Source: an uncultured delta proteobacterium
GTDB taxonomy: Bacteria > Desulfobacterota > WTBG01 > CAIYCZ01
Reading direction: 5' to 3'
NCBI GenBank assembly: GCA_963803975.1
Contig: CAWDOY010000015.1
Span: 1 to 64,000 of the forward strand
Length of the DNA: 64,000 nucleotides
Below, one piece after another: positions 12,183 to 22,297 of this stretch (position 1 is the first letter of the stretch; the number at the start of each line of letters is the position of its first letter). The notes beneath the pieces are model-generated. The model searched no databases. It was not told the DNA's origin and saw only the letters and a program-made list of their open reading frames with translations. Both the position numbers and the translations under genes were made by a program.

Positions 12183-12931
12183 TTATTTACCCAGCCCAAA
12201 GATAAGACGAGGAGTAGCCTTTATGGGACCATGTAAGGTTGATACTCCATCGAGGTCTATATCCTCCAGCTTGTAGAAATAGGTCTTTCTGTTCTGCACA
12301 TCAGCATCAACAAACTCATACGCTGCGCCCTGAGCGGAAGAGCCTTTCGCGGGGATTAATGCATCGTTGATTTTGATATATTCTCCGCCTTCTGCTTCAG
12401 CGCGGTAAAGGTTGAAGCCGATGTTGTCTAATTCAACCTCGGTACACCACATAATAATTACCGTCTTTTTTTTGTAATGGCTGAAAAAGCAGATAGATCA
12501 ATAAGTGTCGGGTCACAGACATCACCAGTGCCGTCCCCGTCAATGTCTTCCTGTGCTTTGCTGCAAAACCCGCCAGCACCGCATTGACCGTTGTAACTGC
12601 ACTGAATGCCTGTGTTTGTCCCCGCAGTGCAGGTTCCCTTGCGAGGGCCGTTTAGGATGTCAGGACAGTTGTCATTTTCGTTCAGGATGCCGTCAACATC
12701 CCCGTCATTCTCAGCAATAAATGCACAGCAATATTGACAACTCGTTATGCATCCCGCATATCCGCCTGGACCAGCACCACTGCAGAACTGATAACAGCCT
12801 ATGGCGCAGGCACCAGTGGGAAAAGTTTCACACGAACCATACTGAGCATACACGTCTCCGCAATTATTATTAAAAAAGGCGGTGCCAATAAGGAATGCAG
12901 TAACAATAAAGATATTACATTTCTTGTACAT
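12183..12931 (-). CDS. Secreted modular protein 4: Cys-rich domain, TSP3-like repeats, shared C-terminal domain (frameshift near 12455)
   Basis: ORFs 12458-12931 and 12183-12452; GGAGG RBS; signal peptide. Confidence 0.75.
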
Positions 12932-12943
12932 AAAAACCTCCCT

Positions 12944-15339
12944 TCAATTTCCCAATCCGTAAATCAGACGTGGTGTTGCACTTATTGGCCCATGTAGGGT
13001 CGAGTTTCCCCCAAGGTCTATGTCCTCCAGCTTATACCAGTAGGTCTTCCACTTTCGCACCGTTGAATCGGTAAACTCATACGATGCACCCAGTGAAGCC
13101 AAACCTTTCGCGGGAATCAACTCGCTGTTTATCTTTATATAGTCGCCATTTTTTGACTCTGCGCGGTAGATGTTGAAACCCTGCGTTGTCGGTTTCTGTT
13201 TCCGTAGCCCATTGCAATATAACTTTGCCTGCTTTCGCTGTCGCAGTAAATGAAGACAGATTAATGACTGTCGGCCCACCTGATTCTGCCTGCAAATAGC
13301 TGCCGCCTATCCCGCCGATGCTGGTCACCCCCTTGCTTGCTAAATCAATCTCTACCGGCGGGGAATGATACACCCACACCTTGCTCTGATACAGTTCGGT
13401 TACGATTACCCCATCATCGGTGGTCGCGGAAATGGTAAAGTTCATGAAATTCTTTGTGCTTATAGACGAGATGTCGCCCCTGATGTCGCGTTGGTTTATT
13501 AATGCTCCGCTGGCATCAAAATAGAACAGATGGCTTAAATACTGTCCGCCGTCAGTATTGCCGATCCCGACAAATTTGCTATTCTGCATCCCCGTCAGTA
13601 TAAAGATGGTTATATTGCTGGAGGTGATATTGACTTTATTGATCAGGTTGAGGGAGTTGTCATAAAAGTAGAGATATGGGGTCAGCCCTGCTCCCCCGAA
13701 ATAAGTGGCGCCGTATTCTGGTAGAACCACAAAGCCTCCGCCTGCCAGTCCTGCCATGTCCCCCATTTTCGACATAGCTATAACTCCACCCCTCAGGATC
13801 AGTCCACGCATTAGTTGTTCCGACTACAGTGCCTGAGGCATTATAAAGAGTAATCTGTCCGGTAGCCACTGGCACTGGTCACGAAATTGCCATTGCTTAG
13901 GCCTGCGTAATTAGGCCCCGGGGCCATGGAGGAACCGCTGAAGGTGTTGCGCAGGGCACCTGATGAATCAATGTGCCAGATTTTCCAGTCACTGCCGCTT
14001 TGCCCCTTCAACAACCAGCCGCTACTTCCGGCATCTCGTATAAAATACGGGTGATCCAAGAGGGCTGAAATCAGCGGTATTAAGAAGATTGCCGGCAAGG
14101 TCAAAGATGAAGACCTTCCGCGCTTTTTCATCAAGCACTGCAAATCGGCTTCCCTGATCACATACATCACCAAAACCGTCCCCATCTGCATCAACTTGGT
14201 CAGGGTTATAAACCGTGGGGCAGTTATCAATAGTGTCATTGACACCATCATTATCATATTCAGTGGGGAAGTTATCACAAGTATCACCCATACCATCCAT
14301 ATCAGCATCAAGCTGATCAGGATTATAGGTGTTTATGCAATTATCACATACATCACCAACCCCATCCACATCAGCATCCTGCTGATCAGGATTAGATATG
14401 TGCATACAATTATCTTGTGTATCAACAAGGCCATCGCTATCCTCATCACCATCATAATGGAGGATTATGCCATACGCACCTGCTGCAAAAACATCCGCAG
14501 CAGAACTGCCCCAAACCCCATATAGATCATTTGTTGTCCCGCTTGACATGGTCTGCCAGCTGTGGCCATCGTAGCGGAGGACAGTGCCACGATCACCCAC
14601 TGCAAAAACATTGCTTGCTGAGCTGCCCCATATATCAAGGAAAGTGGTATTTTTAATGCTGAATATCAGAGACCAGATAGTTCCATCATAATGGAAAATA
14701 CCATCATTACCCACTGCAAAAATATCGTTTGCCGAACTGCCCCATATACCATAAAAAATCTGTGTAGCTCCACTAATCATGGGAGTCCAGGTAAGGCCAT
14801 TATAATGGAGGATTGTGCCTTTATGCCCTACCGCAAAAACATCTGTAGCAGAACTGCCCCAGACAGCCATGAGCTGATTTGTCGTGCCGCTGGTCATGGC
14901 AGCCCAGGTGCTGCCGTTGTAGCGACTAATTGCGCCATCTACACCCACTGCAAAAATATCGTTTGCCGAACTGCCCCATATGCCATAAAGCTGCTTTGCA
15001 ATTCCACTATTCATAGAAGTCCAGGTACTGCCATTGTAACGTCGGATTATACCCGCAGGTCCCACAACAAAAACATTACTGCCCGAACTGCCCCAGATTC
15101 CTGAACCGAAGTAATTCGCCATTAATCCCCACGAACTGCCGTTGTAGCGGAAAATGCTCACTACCCCCTACTGCAAAAACATTGTTTGCTGAGCTGCCCC
15201 AGACATCGAAGAACCAGGCTGTTGTATTGCTGTTCATCACAGTCCAATCAGTGTCATCAGCAAAGGCGCTCGTAGAGGATATCAGTACTAATGCTGCCAG
15301 TAAAAAAGACGGGATAAAAAACTTTTTGAATATTTTCAT
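12944..15339 (-). CDS. Secreted modular protein 5: WGSS repeats, TSP3 repeats, beta-rich domain, shared C-terminal domain (frameshifted)
   Basis: MKIFKK signal peptide at 15339 with GGAGG RBS; ORFs 14022-15161, 13841-14311, 13077-13811 and 12944-13279 join. Confidence 0.75.
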
Positions 15340-15672
15340 AAATTCCTCCCATAAAAAAACTTTTGACAGTATCAAAAAAATAAACCCCCACCAGCCACAC
15401 AGACTGATAGAGGTTTTCATATAATCACAACAAAATAATTTATTGATGTCACCGGACATTCCCCAAAATACAATAAATTTTTGTAAATTTTACAATAAAT
15501 CGCAAGGTTAAGTCAATTAAATAAATATATATTTTTGCAAGCTATAATAATTCTATGCTTTCTATGTAAATATAAGTTAAAGCACTGTACAATATTGCAA
15601 ACTTGGGCTATAAATAAATTGCAAATTCATAAAACAGTCCTGTATCCTGCCTCCATTACAGAATAATATTAT

Positions 15673-16935
15673 ATGCCGTCAAAAAAAGGTATTATCGTGC
15701 TCATGGGCTCGGGAGAGCTGACCGCCACCATGGTCGAGGTGCACAAGGCTTTGCTGGCGGGCCTTGGCGGGCGGCCGCGGGCAGTGTTTCTGGATACACC
15801 CGCCGGGTTTCAGCTCAATGTTGACCAGATTTCCCGGAAAGCTGTTGAGTACTTTGACACCCGCGTACAATATCCCCTCTCGATAGCCTCCTTTAAAGGA
15901 ACCGCTATCTGCACCCCCTATGAAGCAGAGCAGGCATTCCGCACCCTGCGTGAAGCTGATTATGTCCTCATCGGTCCCGGCAGCCCGACCTATGCCGTGC
16001 GCCAGTGGCTGCAGACATCCATTCCCGATATACTCACGAGGCGCGTCGAGGAGGGCGGCTGCCTGGTGGCTGCCAGCGCCGCAGCCCTGACCGTCGGCCG
16101 CTTCACCATGCCGGTATATGAAATCTACAAAGTGGGCACAGAACTCAACTGGGCGGAAGGCATGAACATTCTCGGCCGCTTCGGCTTTAACCTGGTGGTG
16201 ATTCCCCACTGGAACAATGCTGAGGGCGGTAACCATGATACCCGGTTCTGCTATATGGGTGAACCGCGCTTCAGAAAGCTTGAAGCCCTGCTGCCGGATG
16301 ATGCGGCAATCCTCGGGCTTGATGAGCATACCGCCTGTATCATTGACCTTGACCAGGATGAGGCGGTTATCAGGGGAATCGGCGCTATGACCCTCAGGTA
16401 TCACGGCTCAGAGACAATCATTGAGAAGGGCGGGCGCTTTTCGCTGGATGTGCTGCGCGGAAAAGCTGCACGGGCCGGGATGCAACAGCCGGCGCAGAAG
16501 TCAATGCCGGCCGCAGCGGCAGCGGATGCGCAGCAAGAAACATTCTGGGACACCATTCACGCCCTTGAGGAAGCATTTAATAACGGCATTGAAAAGCATG
16601 ACCTGAAAGAAACCGCCTCAGCTGTTCTTGAGCTTGACAAACTCATCTGGAAAGCGCAGGAAGACGGTGAAAGCCCGGAGTTCATTTCCCAGGCGCGGGA
16701 TATTTTCAGGGACATGATTGTACTGCTGACGACAAAGCTTGATGCAGCGCCGGAAAATTCCGCTGCGTGTCTTGCCCCGCTGGTGGAGGAGCTGCTGGCG
16801 CTGCGGCAGCGCTTCCGTGCAGGAAAACAGTGGCAGGAGGCGGATGCCATCCGCGACACCCTGCAGCAGGCAGACATACTCATCGAGGACACCGAAGGCG
16901 GCTCGCGCTGGCGGCTCAATCCTGAACTGAAATGA
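15673..16935 (+). CDS. Peptidase S51/cyanophycinase-like (class I GATase fold) domain fused to a cysteinyl-tRNA synthetase C-terminal-like domain
   Basis: LMGSGE, GPGSPTY, AASAAA and IPHWNN motifs; C-terminus LRQRFRAGKQWQEADAIRDTL...IEDTEGGSRW resembles the CysRS C-terminus. Confidence 0.7.
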   Translation: MPSKKGIIVLMGSGELTATMVEVHKALLAGLGGRPRAVFLDTPAGFQLNVDQISRKAVEYFDTRVQYPLSIASFKGTAICTPYEAEQAFRTLREADYVLIGPGSPTYAVRQWLQTSIPDILTRRVEEGGCLVAASAAALTVGRFTMPVYEIYKVGTELNWAEGMNILGRFGFNLVVIPHWNNAEGGNHDTRFCYMGEPRFRKLEALLPDDAAILGLDEHTACIIDLDQDEAVIRGIGAMTLRYHGSETIIEKGGRFSLDVLRGKAARAGMQQPAQKSMPAAAAADAQQETFWDTIHALEEAFNNGIEKHDLKETASAVLELDKLIWKAQEDGESPEFISQARDIFRDMIVLLTTKLDAAPENSAACLAPLVEELLALRQRFRAGKQWQEADAIRDTLQQADILIEDTEGGSRWRLNPELK

Positions 16936-16945
16936 GGGGGACTGC

Positions 16946-18598
16946 ATGATTACGCATCCATCACTGCCAATACTTATCGCAACGGAAGCAAACAGTCACG
17001 GACTGCATCCTTTATATCCTATCTGCAGATCCATCAGCCACGTTAACCTCACTGTCGCATCGCAGGTTCCCGCTGATACCAGCGCCTTTAAAGTTATTAT
17101 CACAACGGATACATGCCTGTCCGCGCCAGTCGCAAAACAGCTTGAGCAGTTCGTCAGTGCCGGCGGAGGGCTGCTGCATCTGGCCTGCAGCAGCGCTAAA
17201 CCGCTGCCCGCATTTTTCGGCGCACAGCCGGGTCCTGCGGGGCCTGCTGCTGAGCTGCGGGTACTTTTTGAAAACAGAAACCATCCGCTGGCAGCGCGCC
17301 TGCCCGATGCCATCTATGTATCGAGCAGCCATGTTCCTCTCGAGATAACTGCTGATGATGTGGAGACCATCCTCTACGCAGACTGGCACTATACGCACAC
17401 CCCGGTCCTTATCAGGCGCAGGATTGACAGCGGCCATGCCGCCTGCACCACCATCCAGGCCTTTGACAACCCTTTCTTTCAGCAGATACTGTACCGCCTG
17501 CTCTCTGATTTGGCGGGGATGAATCTTTTTAATAAAACTCTGGGAGTCGGCATCCTGGGATATGCGCCGTCTGTGGGCAGGCTGCATGGACAGGGCATAG
17601 GGGCAACGCCGGGGCTTATCCTGCGGGCTGCCGGTGACCTTAACCCGGAACGATTGCATGAGGCAAGCAAGGATTTTCCCGGCATCCACTGTTATGAATC
17701 GGCGGATAAGCTGCTGCATGATCCTGAAGTAGATCTGGTTATCATTGCCACCGCGCCGAACACGCATGCCCGGCTGTGCCTGCAGATGATGGCTGCGGGC
17801 AAGCACGTGGTCTGCGAAAAGCCGCTGGCGTTAAACAGCTCTGAGACCGCTGCCATGGTTGAGATGGCAGACAGGAAGCAGGTGCACCTGAGCTGCCATC
17901 AGAACCGGCGCTTTGATGCTGACTACCTGGCGATAAAGCAGGCTCTTGCCGAAGGGCTTATCGGCGAGCTGTTTTATATGGAGACGTTTGTCGGCAGCTA
18001 TAACCACCCCTGCGGCTACTGGCATTCCCATGCCGGGATTTCCGGCGGCACCACCTATGACTGGGGAGGGCATTATCTTGACTGGATTGTCAGCCTCATC
18101 CCGGAAAGAATAACACACGTCATCGGCACCCGGCACAAGCGCGTCTGGCATGATGTCACCAATGCCGACCAGGAGCGCATACAGCTGCGCTTTGCCGGAG
18201 GGCAGGAGGCGGAATTCATGCACTCTGACATTGCCGCTGTCCGCAAGCCCAAATGGTATCTGCTGGGCACGGAGGGCGCGATAATCGGCACCTGGCGGGA
18301 GGTAACGGTCAACGAGCTTGACCCGGTGCTCTATTACCATGAGCAGGAAATACCGCCGACCGAAATGACTCCCGCGCTGGTCCTGCAGCGCCGCCATTGT
18401 TCCGGGGAGATTGTCAGCCAGAAGCTGGCGATTCCCAAACGGCAGGACTATCAGTTTCACCGCAACCTCGCCGACCACCTGCTCTTCGGAGAACCGCTTG
18501 CGGCGCCGCTCGCAGATTCGATCCGGGTGGTGGCCATCCTTGCGGCAGCCGCCCGCTCGGCAGCGCAGGGCGGGACAATGGAGGCTCTTGATGTCTGA
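16946..18598 (+). CDS. Gfo/Idh/MocA oxidoreductase with an extra N-terminal (ThuA/GATase-like) domain
   Basis: GKHVVCEKP, HQNRRFD and DWGGHYLD motifs. Confidence 0.85.
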   Translation: MITHPSLPILIATEANSHGLHPLYPICRSISHVNLTVASQVPADTSAFKVIITTDTCLSAPVAKQLEQFVSAGGGLLHLACSSAKPLPAFFGAQPGPAGPAAELRVLFENRNHPLAARLPDAIYVSSSHVPLEITADDVETILYADWHYTHTPVLIRRRIDSGHAACTTIQAFDNPFFQQILYRLLSDLAGMNLFNKTLGVGILGYAPSVGRLHGQGIGATPGLILRAAGDLNPERLHEASKDFPGIHCYESADKLLHDPEVDLVIIATAPNTHARLCLQMMAAGKHVVCEKPLALNSSETAAMVEMADRKQVHLSCHQNRRFDADYLAIKQALAEGLIGELFYMETFVGSYNHPCGYWHSHAGISGGTTYDWGGHYLDWIVSLIPERITHVIGTRHKRVWHDVTNADQERIQLRFAGGQEAEFMHSDIAAVRKPKWYLLGTEGAIIGTWREVTVNELDPVLYYHEQEIPPTEMTPALVLQRRHCSGEIVSQKLAIPKRQDYQFHRNLADHLLFGEPLAAPLADSIRVVAILAAAARSAAQGGTMEALDV

Positions 18599-19637
18599 GA
18601 AAGTAAAATGGGGAATTCTCGGCAATGCTACTATTGCCCGGGTGTGCGTCATCCCTGCCATCCAAAAATCACGCAACGGCATGGTGCATGCCCTGGGTAC
18701 CCGTTCTCCTGCAGCTGCCGGAGAAGTGGCTGCAAAAAACAATATTATATATATATACGGCGACTATGAAGCAGTGCTTGCCGACCCTGAAATTGATGCA
18801 GTCTATATTCCCCTGCCCAACCATCTTCATCTGCCCTGGACCGTAAAAGCACTGCAGGCAGGAAAGCACGTGCTCTGCGAGAAGCCGCTTGCCTGCAACG
18901 CCCGGGAGGCGCGCGCCATGGCAGAGGCCGCAGCCGAAGCAGGCCTCCTGCTTATGGAAGCGTTCATGTACCGCTTTCACCCGCGCAGCCAGCGCATAAA
19001 GCAGCTCATTGCCGACGGGTTCATCGGCACGCCGTGCCTGGTGCGCTCGGCATTCTGCTACCATATAGGAGAAGAGCTGCTCGCAACAGCAGACAACTAC
19101 CGCCTCCGGCCTGATATGGGCGGCGGCGCGCTGTTGGACGTGGGGTGCTACAGCGTGAGCCTTGCGCGCTGGCTCCTGGATGCAGAGCCGGCCGCAGTCC
19201 AGGCTCAGGCCATCTGCCATCAAGGTGGAGCTGATGTGCACGTCGCGGGCACGCTGCGCTTCCCCGGCAGCGAGCTTGCAGCGTTTGAAGCAAGCTTCAT
19301 CTCGGCCTTACAGCAAACCTATACTGTTGTGGGAAGTGATGGAGCCATTGACCTGCCCCACGATGCATTCATCCCCTGGGAAAATGATGCGCGGTTTTCC
19401 GTGCGGGAGCGAACCCAGGAAAAAGGCACTGAGTACGTCATTCCCGGTGCTGATGAATATCAGCTGATGGTTGAGCATTTCAGCGACGCCATCCAGGGGA
19501 ATACAGGACTTGCTGTTCCGGTTGAAGACAGCTTGTGCACCATGCAGGTGCTTGATGCCCTCGCTGAAGCAGCTAAAACAGGCTGCACCATAACATTGCC
19601 TGAGTGTAAACTCGGCTGTAGCCCTGGAAGTATTGTG
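18591..19637 (+). CDS. Gfo/Idh/MocA oxidoreductase (3' end uncertain; reads in frame into the next gene)
   Basis: KWGILG, YIPLPNHLH, GKHVLCEKP, EAFMYRFHP and GGGALLDVGCY motifs. Confidence 0.85.
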
Positions 19638-20654
19638 ATGGAATGTGCAGGTACAAAACTGCAGAAAACAGAAAATCGGTTACATGTCAACGCCGAGACA
19701 TTTGAAACTCTTGCAGGCTACTGGCGTGAACAGCGCAGTAATCTGCAACTGGCAGTGCCTGTTTGTTATTCCTGCCTGGCTTACGGTGTGGTGGAATGTT
19801 TTCAGGCCGGAATCAGAGCAGTGCCTGCTGTCTGTCAGCGAAGGATCTGAACTCATCGGCGTCGCGCCGTTAATGGTGAACGGCAGGACAGCGCAGCTCA
19901 TGGGCAGCCCTGATGTCTGTGACTGCCTTGACGTTATCGTTGCGCCGGGGAAGGAGCAGTTGTTCTGCCGGGCGCTGCTTGACCATCTGCGCGCGCAGGG
20001 AATCAGCACGCTTGAGTTAGGACCGGTGCGGCCTGATTCAACAGTGTATACCCATGTTATCGGTGCAGCCAAAAGCTTTTGCCCGCGAGGTTATTTGCAC
20101 ACCGGAAGATGTTGTGTTAGAATTACCATTGCCGGCAACCTGGGATGCGTTCCTCAACATGCTTGCAGCAAAGGAGCGGCACGAGATACGGCGCAAGCTC
20201 AGGCGCCTTGAGGAAGCAGGCCGGGTTGATTACCATGCGGCAGAAGATGATTACAGCGGTCAGGAGCGAACTGGATACGTTCCTGTCATTGTTCAGGCAG
20301 AATCGCGCGGATAAGGCTGCATTCATGACCGGGAAGATGGAATCTTTTTTCCGGTCAGTTGCAGAAGAGCTGGCAGGAGCAGACATCCTGAAACTTTTCT
20401 TTCTTACCCTCAATGATGAGCCGGCAGCAGCCGTGATGTGCTTTGACTATCAAGAGACCAGATATCTCTATAACAATGGTTATAATGAGCGCTTCAGCCA
20501 GTTCAGCGTGGGACTGCTCAGCAAGGTGCTGAACATTAAAGAGAGCATAGAGCGGCGCAGCAGGAAATATGATTTTCTAAAGGGCGCAGAAGTATATAAG
20601 CACCGTCTCGGCGGCGAGCCAGTACCGCTGTACCGGTGTTGCATCGAACTGTGA
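19638..20654 (+). CDS. GNAT of the CelD/BcsL (Acetyltransf_6) type (frameshifted)
   Basis: PAWLTVWW, LIGVAPL, LPATWDAFL..KERHEIRRKLRRL, YLYNNGY..FSVGLL and YDFLKGAEVYKHRLG across three frames. Confidence 0.8.
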
Positions 20655-20920
20655 AAAGGCACACAGGTGAATGCGGTGAATAGGTGCTACGCCTCGGTAA
20701 GCAGGTACTGCGGAGGACGGGGTGAATGGGTGAATCGGAATTTCACTTTTCACCTTCCACTTTTCACGCGTCACTGGCCACTCGCCACTATTCACTGATT
20801 TCGGATGAATCGGCCTCTTGACTATGCTCGGGGCAGGTGAAGAGGTTTTACCTTTTAGCCTATTAACCTTTTGTCCTTTTAACCTTTTATTTTTACTCAG
20901 CACTCAGAACTCAGCACTTA
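20655..20920. repeat. Intergenic degenerate 7-8-bp tandem repeats
   Basis: GGTGAAT and TTCAC(C/T)T units and TTAACCTT units; segments shared with 1-45, 50048-50110, 52775-52840 and 54885-54942. Confidence 0.7.
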
Positions 20921-20933
20921 ACCAGGGGGTTTC

Positions 20934-22205
20934 ATGAATTCCAGTCAGCTAAGAATCGCCATGCTCAGCGTGCACTCCAGCCCGCTTGGAGAGCTTGGCA
21001 CCAAAGACACCGGCGGCATGAGCGTCTATATCCGCGAACTCGCCAGAGAACTGGGCAAACAGGGACACCTGGTTGATATTTACACCCGGCAGAACCATCC
21101 GGCAGGCGAACAATGCGTGCCTGTTTCCCGGAATGTCTCCCTCATCCACATAGAAGCCGGCACCAGCGGCTACATAGACAAACTCGCCCTCTATCCCCAT
21201 CTTGCAGAATTTTTCCAGCAGATGGAGCGGTTCAGGATGCGTGAAAACCGGCGCTATGACATCGTTCACAGCAATTACTGGCTTTCAGGAAAAGTGGGCG
21301 CCTGGGCGCAGATGCACTGGCATGTGCCCCATTTCGTTCTATTCCACACCCTCGGCGCGGTTAAAAATATGTTTCCAATCGGCAGCCCCGAGCCGGCACT
21401 GCGCATAGCAACCGAGAAGATGGTTGCTAAAACCTGCAGCGTGATTCTGGCAGAGACAGAGCGGGAGCGCAGGCAGCTGACCGAGCTGTATGATGCTGAC
21501 CTGGATAAAATTAAGGTGATACCCTGCGGCGTAAACTTTGACCGCTTCCGGCCGCTTGACCGGAACCAGGCCCGCGGCAGGCTCGGCATACCTGCAAACG
21601 AGCGTATTCTATTATATGTGGGCAGGCTTGATCCGCTCAAGGGCGTTGACCGGCTCATCACCGCGCTCAGCTTTCTGGACCACCAGCAGAACCTGCGGCT
21701 GCTCATTGTCGGCGGGGATGGAAGCGAAACAGCAGAGTTCCGCAGCCTGCAGGAGCTGACGCAAAACCTGGGTCTTGAAAATTCCGTCACCTTTACGGGA
21801 AGGGTTGATCACAACGATCTGCCGCACTATTACAGCGCCGCGGATATGCTGGTGCTGCCCTCGCATACGGAAAGCTTCGGCCTCGTGGGCCTTGAAGCTC
21901 TTGCCTGCGGCACGCCGGTAATCTCTACCCGGGTGGGCGCGATGGACCAGATCATCCGCAGCAATGAAAACGGGTTTCTGGTAAACAGCGCCGACCCCCG
22001 CTCACTGGCAGAGGGCATCGAGCTGTTCATGCCGCAGGTTCGTGACGGGTTCCTTTCCCGCGCGGCAATCCGCAACAGCGTCATAGAGTACAGCTGGGAG
22101 AAAGTTGCCGCGGCCATGGCTGATGCGTATCTCGGCGCGATCCAGCGCGCCTATCCCGGATTCGTTATTGGGACCACGAGCAGGCTTCCGGCGTTTGCAG
22201 GCTGA
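20934..22205 (+). CDS. MshA-like GT4 glycosyltransferase
   Basis: MLSVHSSPL..G..DTGGMSVYIREL, HSNYWLSG and PSHTESFGLVGLEALACGTPVI. Confidence 0.85.
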   Translation: MNSSQLRIAMLSVHSSPLGELGTKDTGGMSVYIRELARELGKQGHLVDIYTRQNHPAGEQCVPVSRNVSLIHIEAGTSGYIDKLALYPHLAEFFQQMERFRMRENRRYDIVHSNYWLSGKVGAWAQMHWHVPHFVLFHTLGAVKNMFPIGSPEPALRIATEKMVAKTCSVILAETERERRQLTELYDADLDKIKVIPCGVNFDRFRPLDRNQARGRLGIPANERILLYVGRLDPLKGVDRLITALSFLDHQQNLRLLIVGGDGSETAEFRSLQELTQNLGLENSVTFTGRVDHNDLPHYYSAADMLVLPSHTESFGLVGLEALACGTPVISTRVGAMDQIIRSNENGFLVNSADPRSLAEGIELFMPQVRDGFLSRAAIRNSVIEYSWEKVAAAMADAYLGAIQRAYPGFVIGTTSRLPAFAG

Positions 22206-22297
22206 CCGGCTTCATTCCTCCTGGACACTGCCTGTATATTTTTTTTGACTCCTGACGACGGCACTGGCTGTCTTGCTTACACATACGGAGTGTTGCT

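Noticed and set aside
9837..15200. Regularly spaced GAGCTGCCCCA repeats as a CRISPR array
   Set aside because: They are codons of the in-frame WGSS protein repeat, degenerate at wobble positions; no cas genes are present.
15673..16935. Calling this gene cysS or mshC
   Set aside because: It has no Rossmann catalytic domain motifs (HIGH/KMSKS); only the C-terminal domain is similar.
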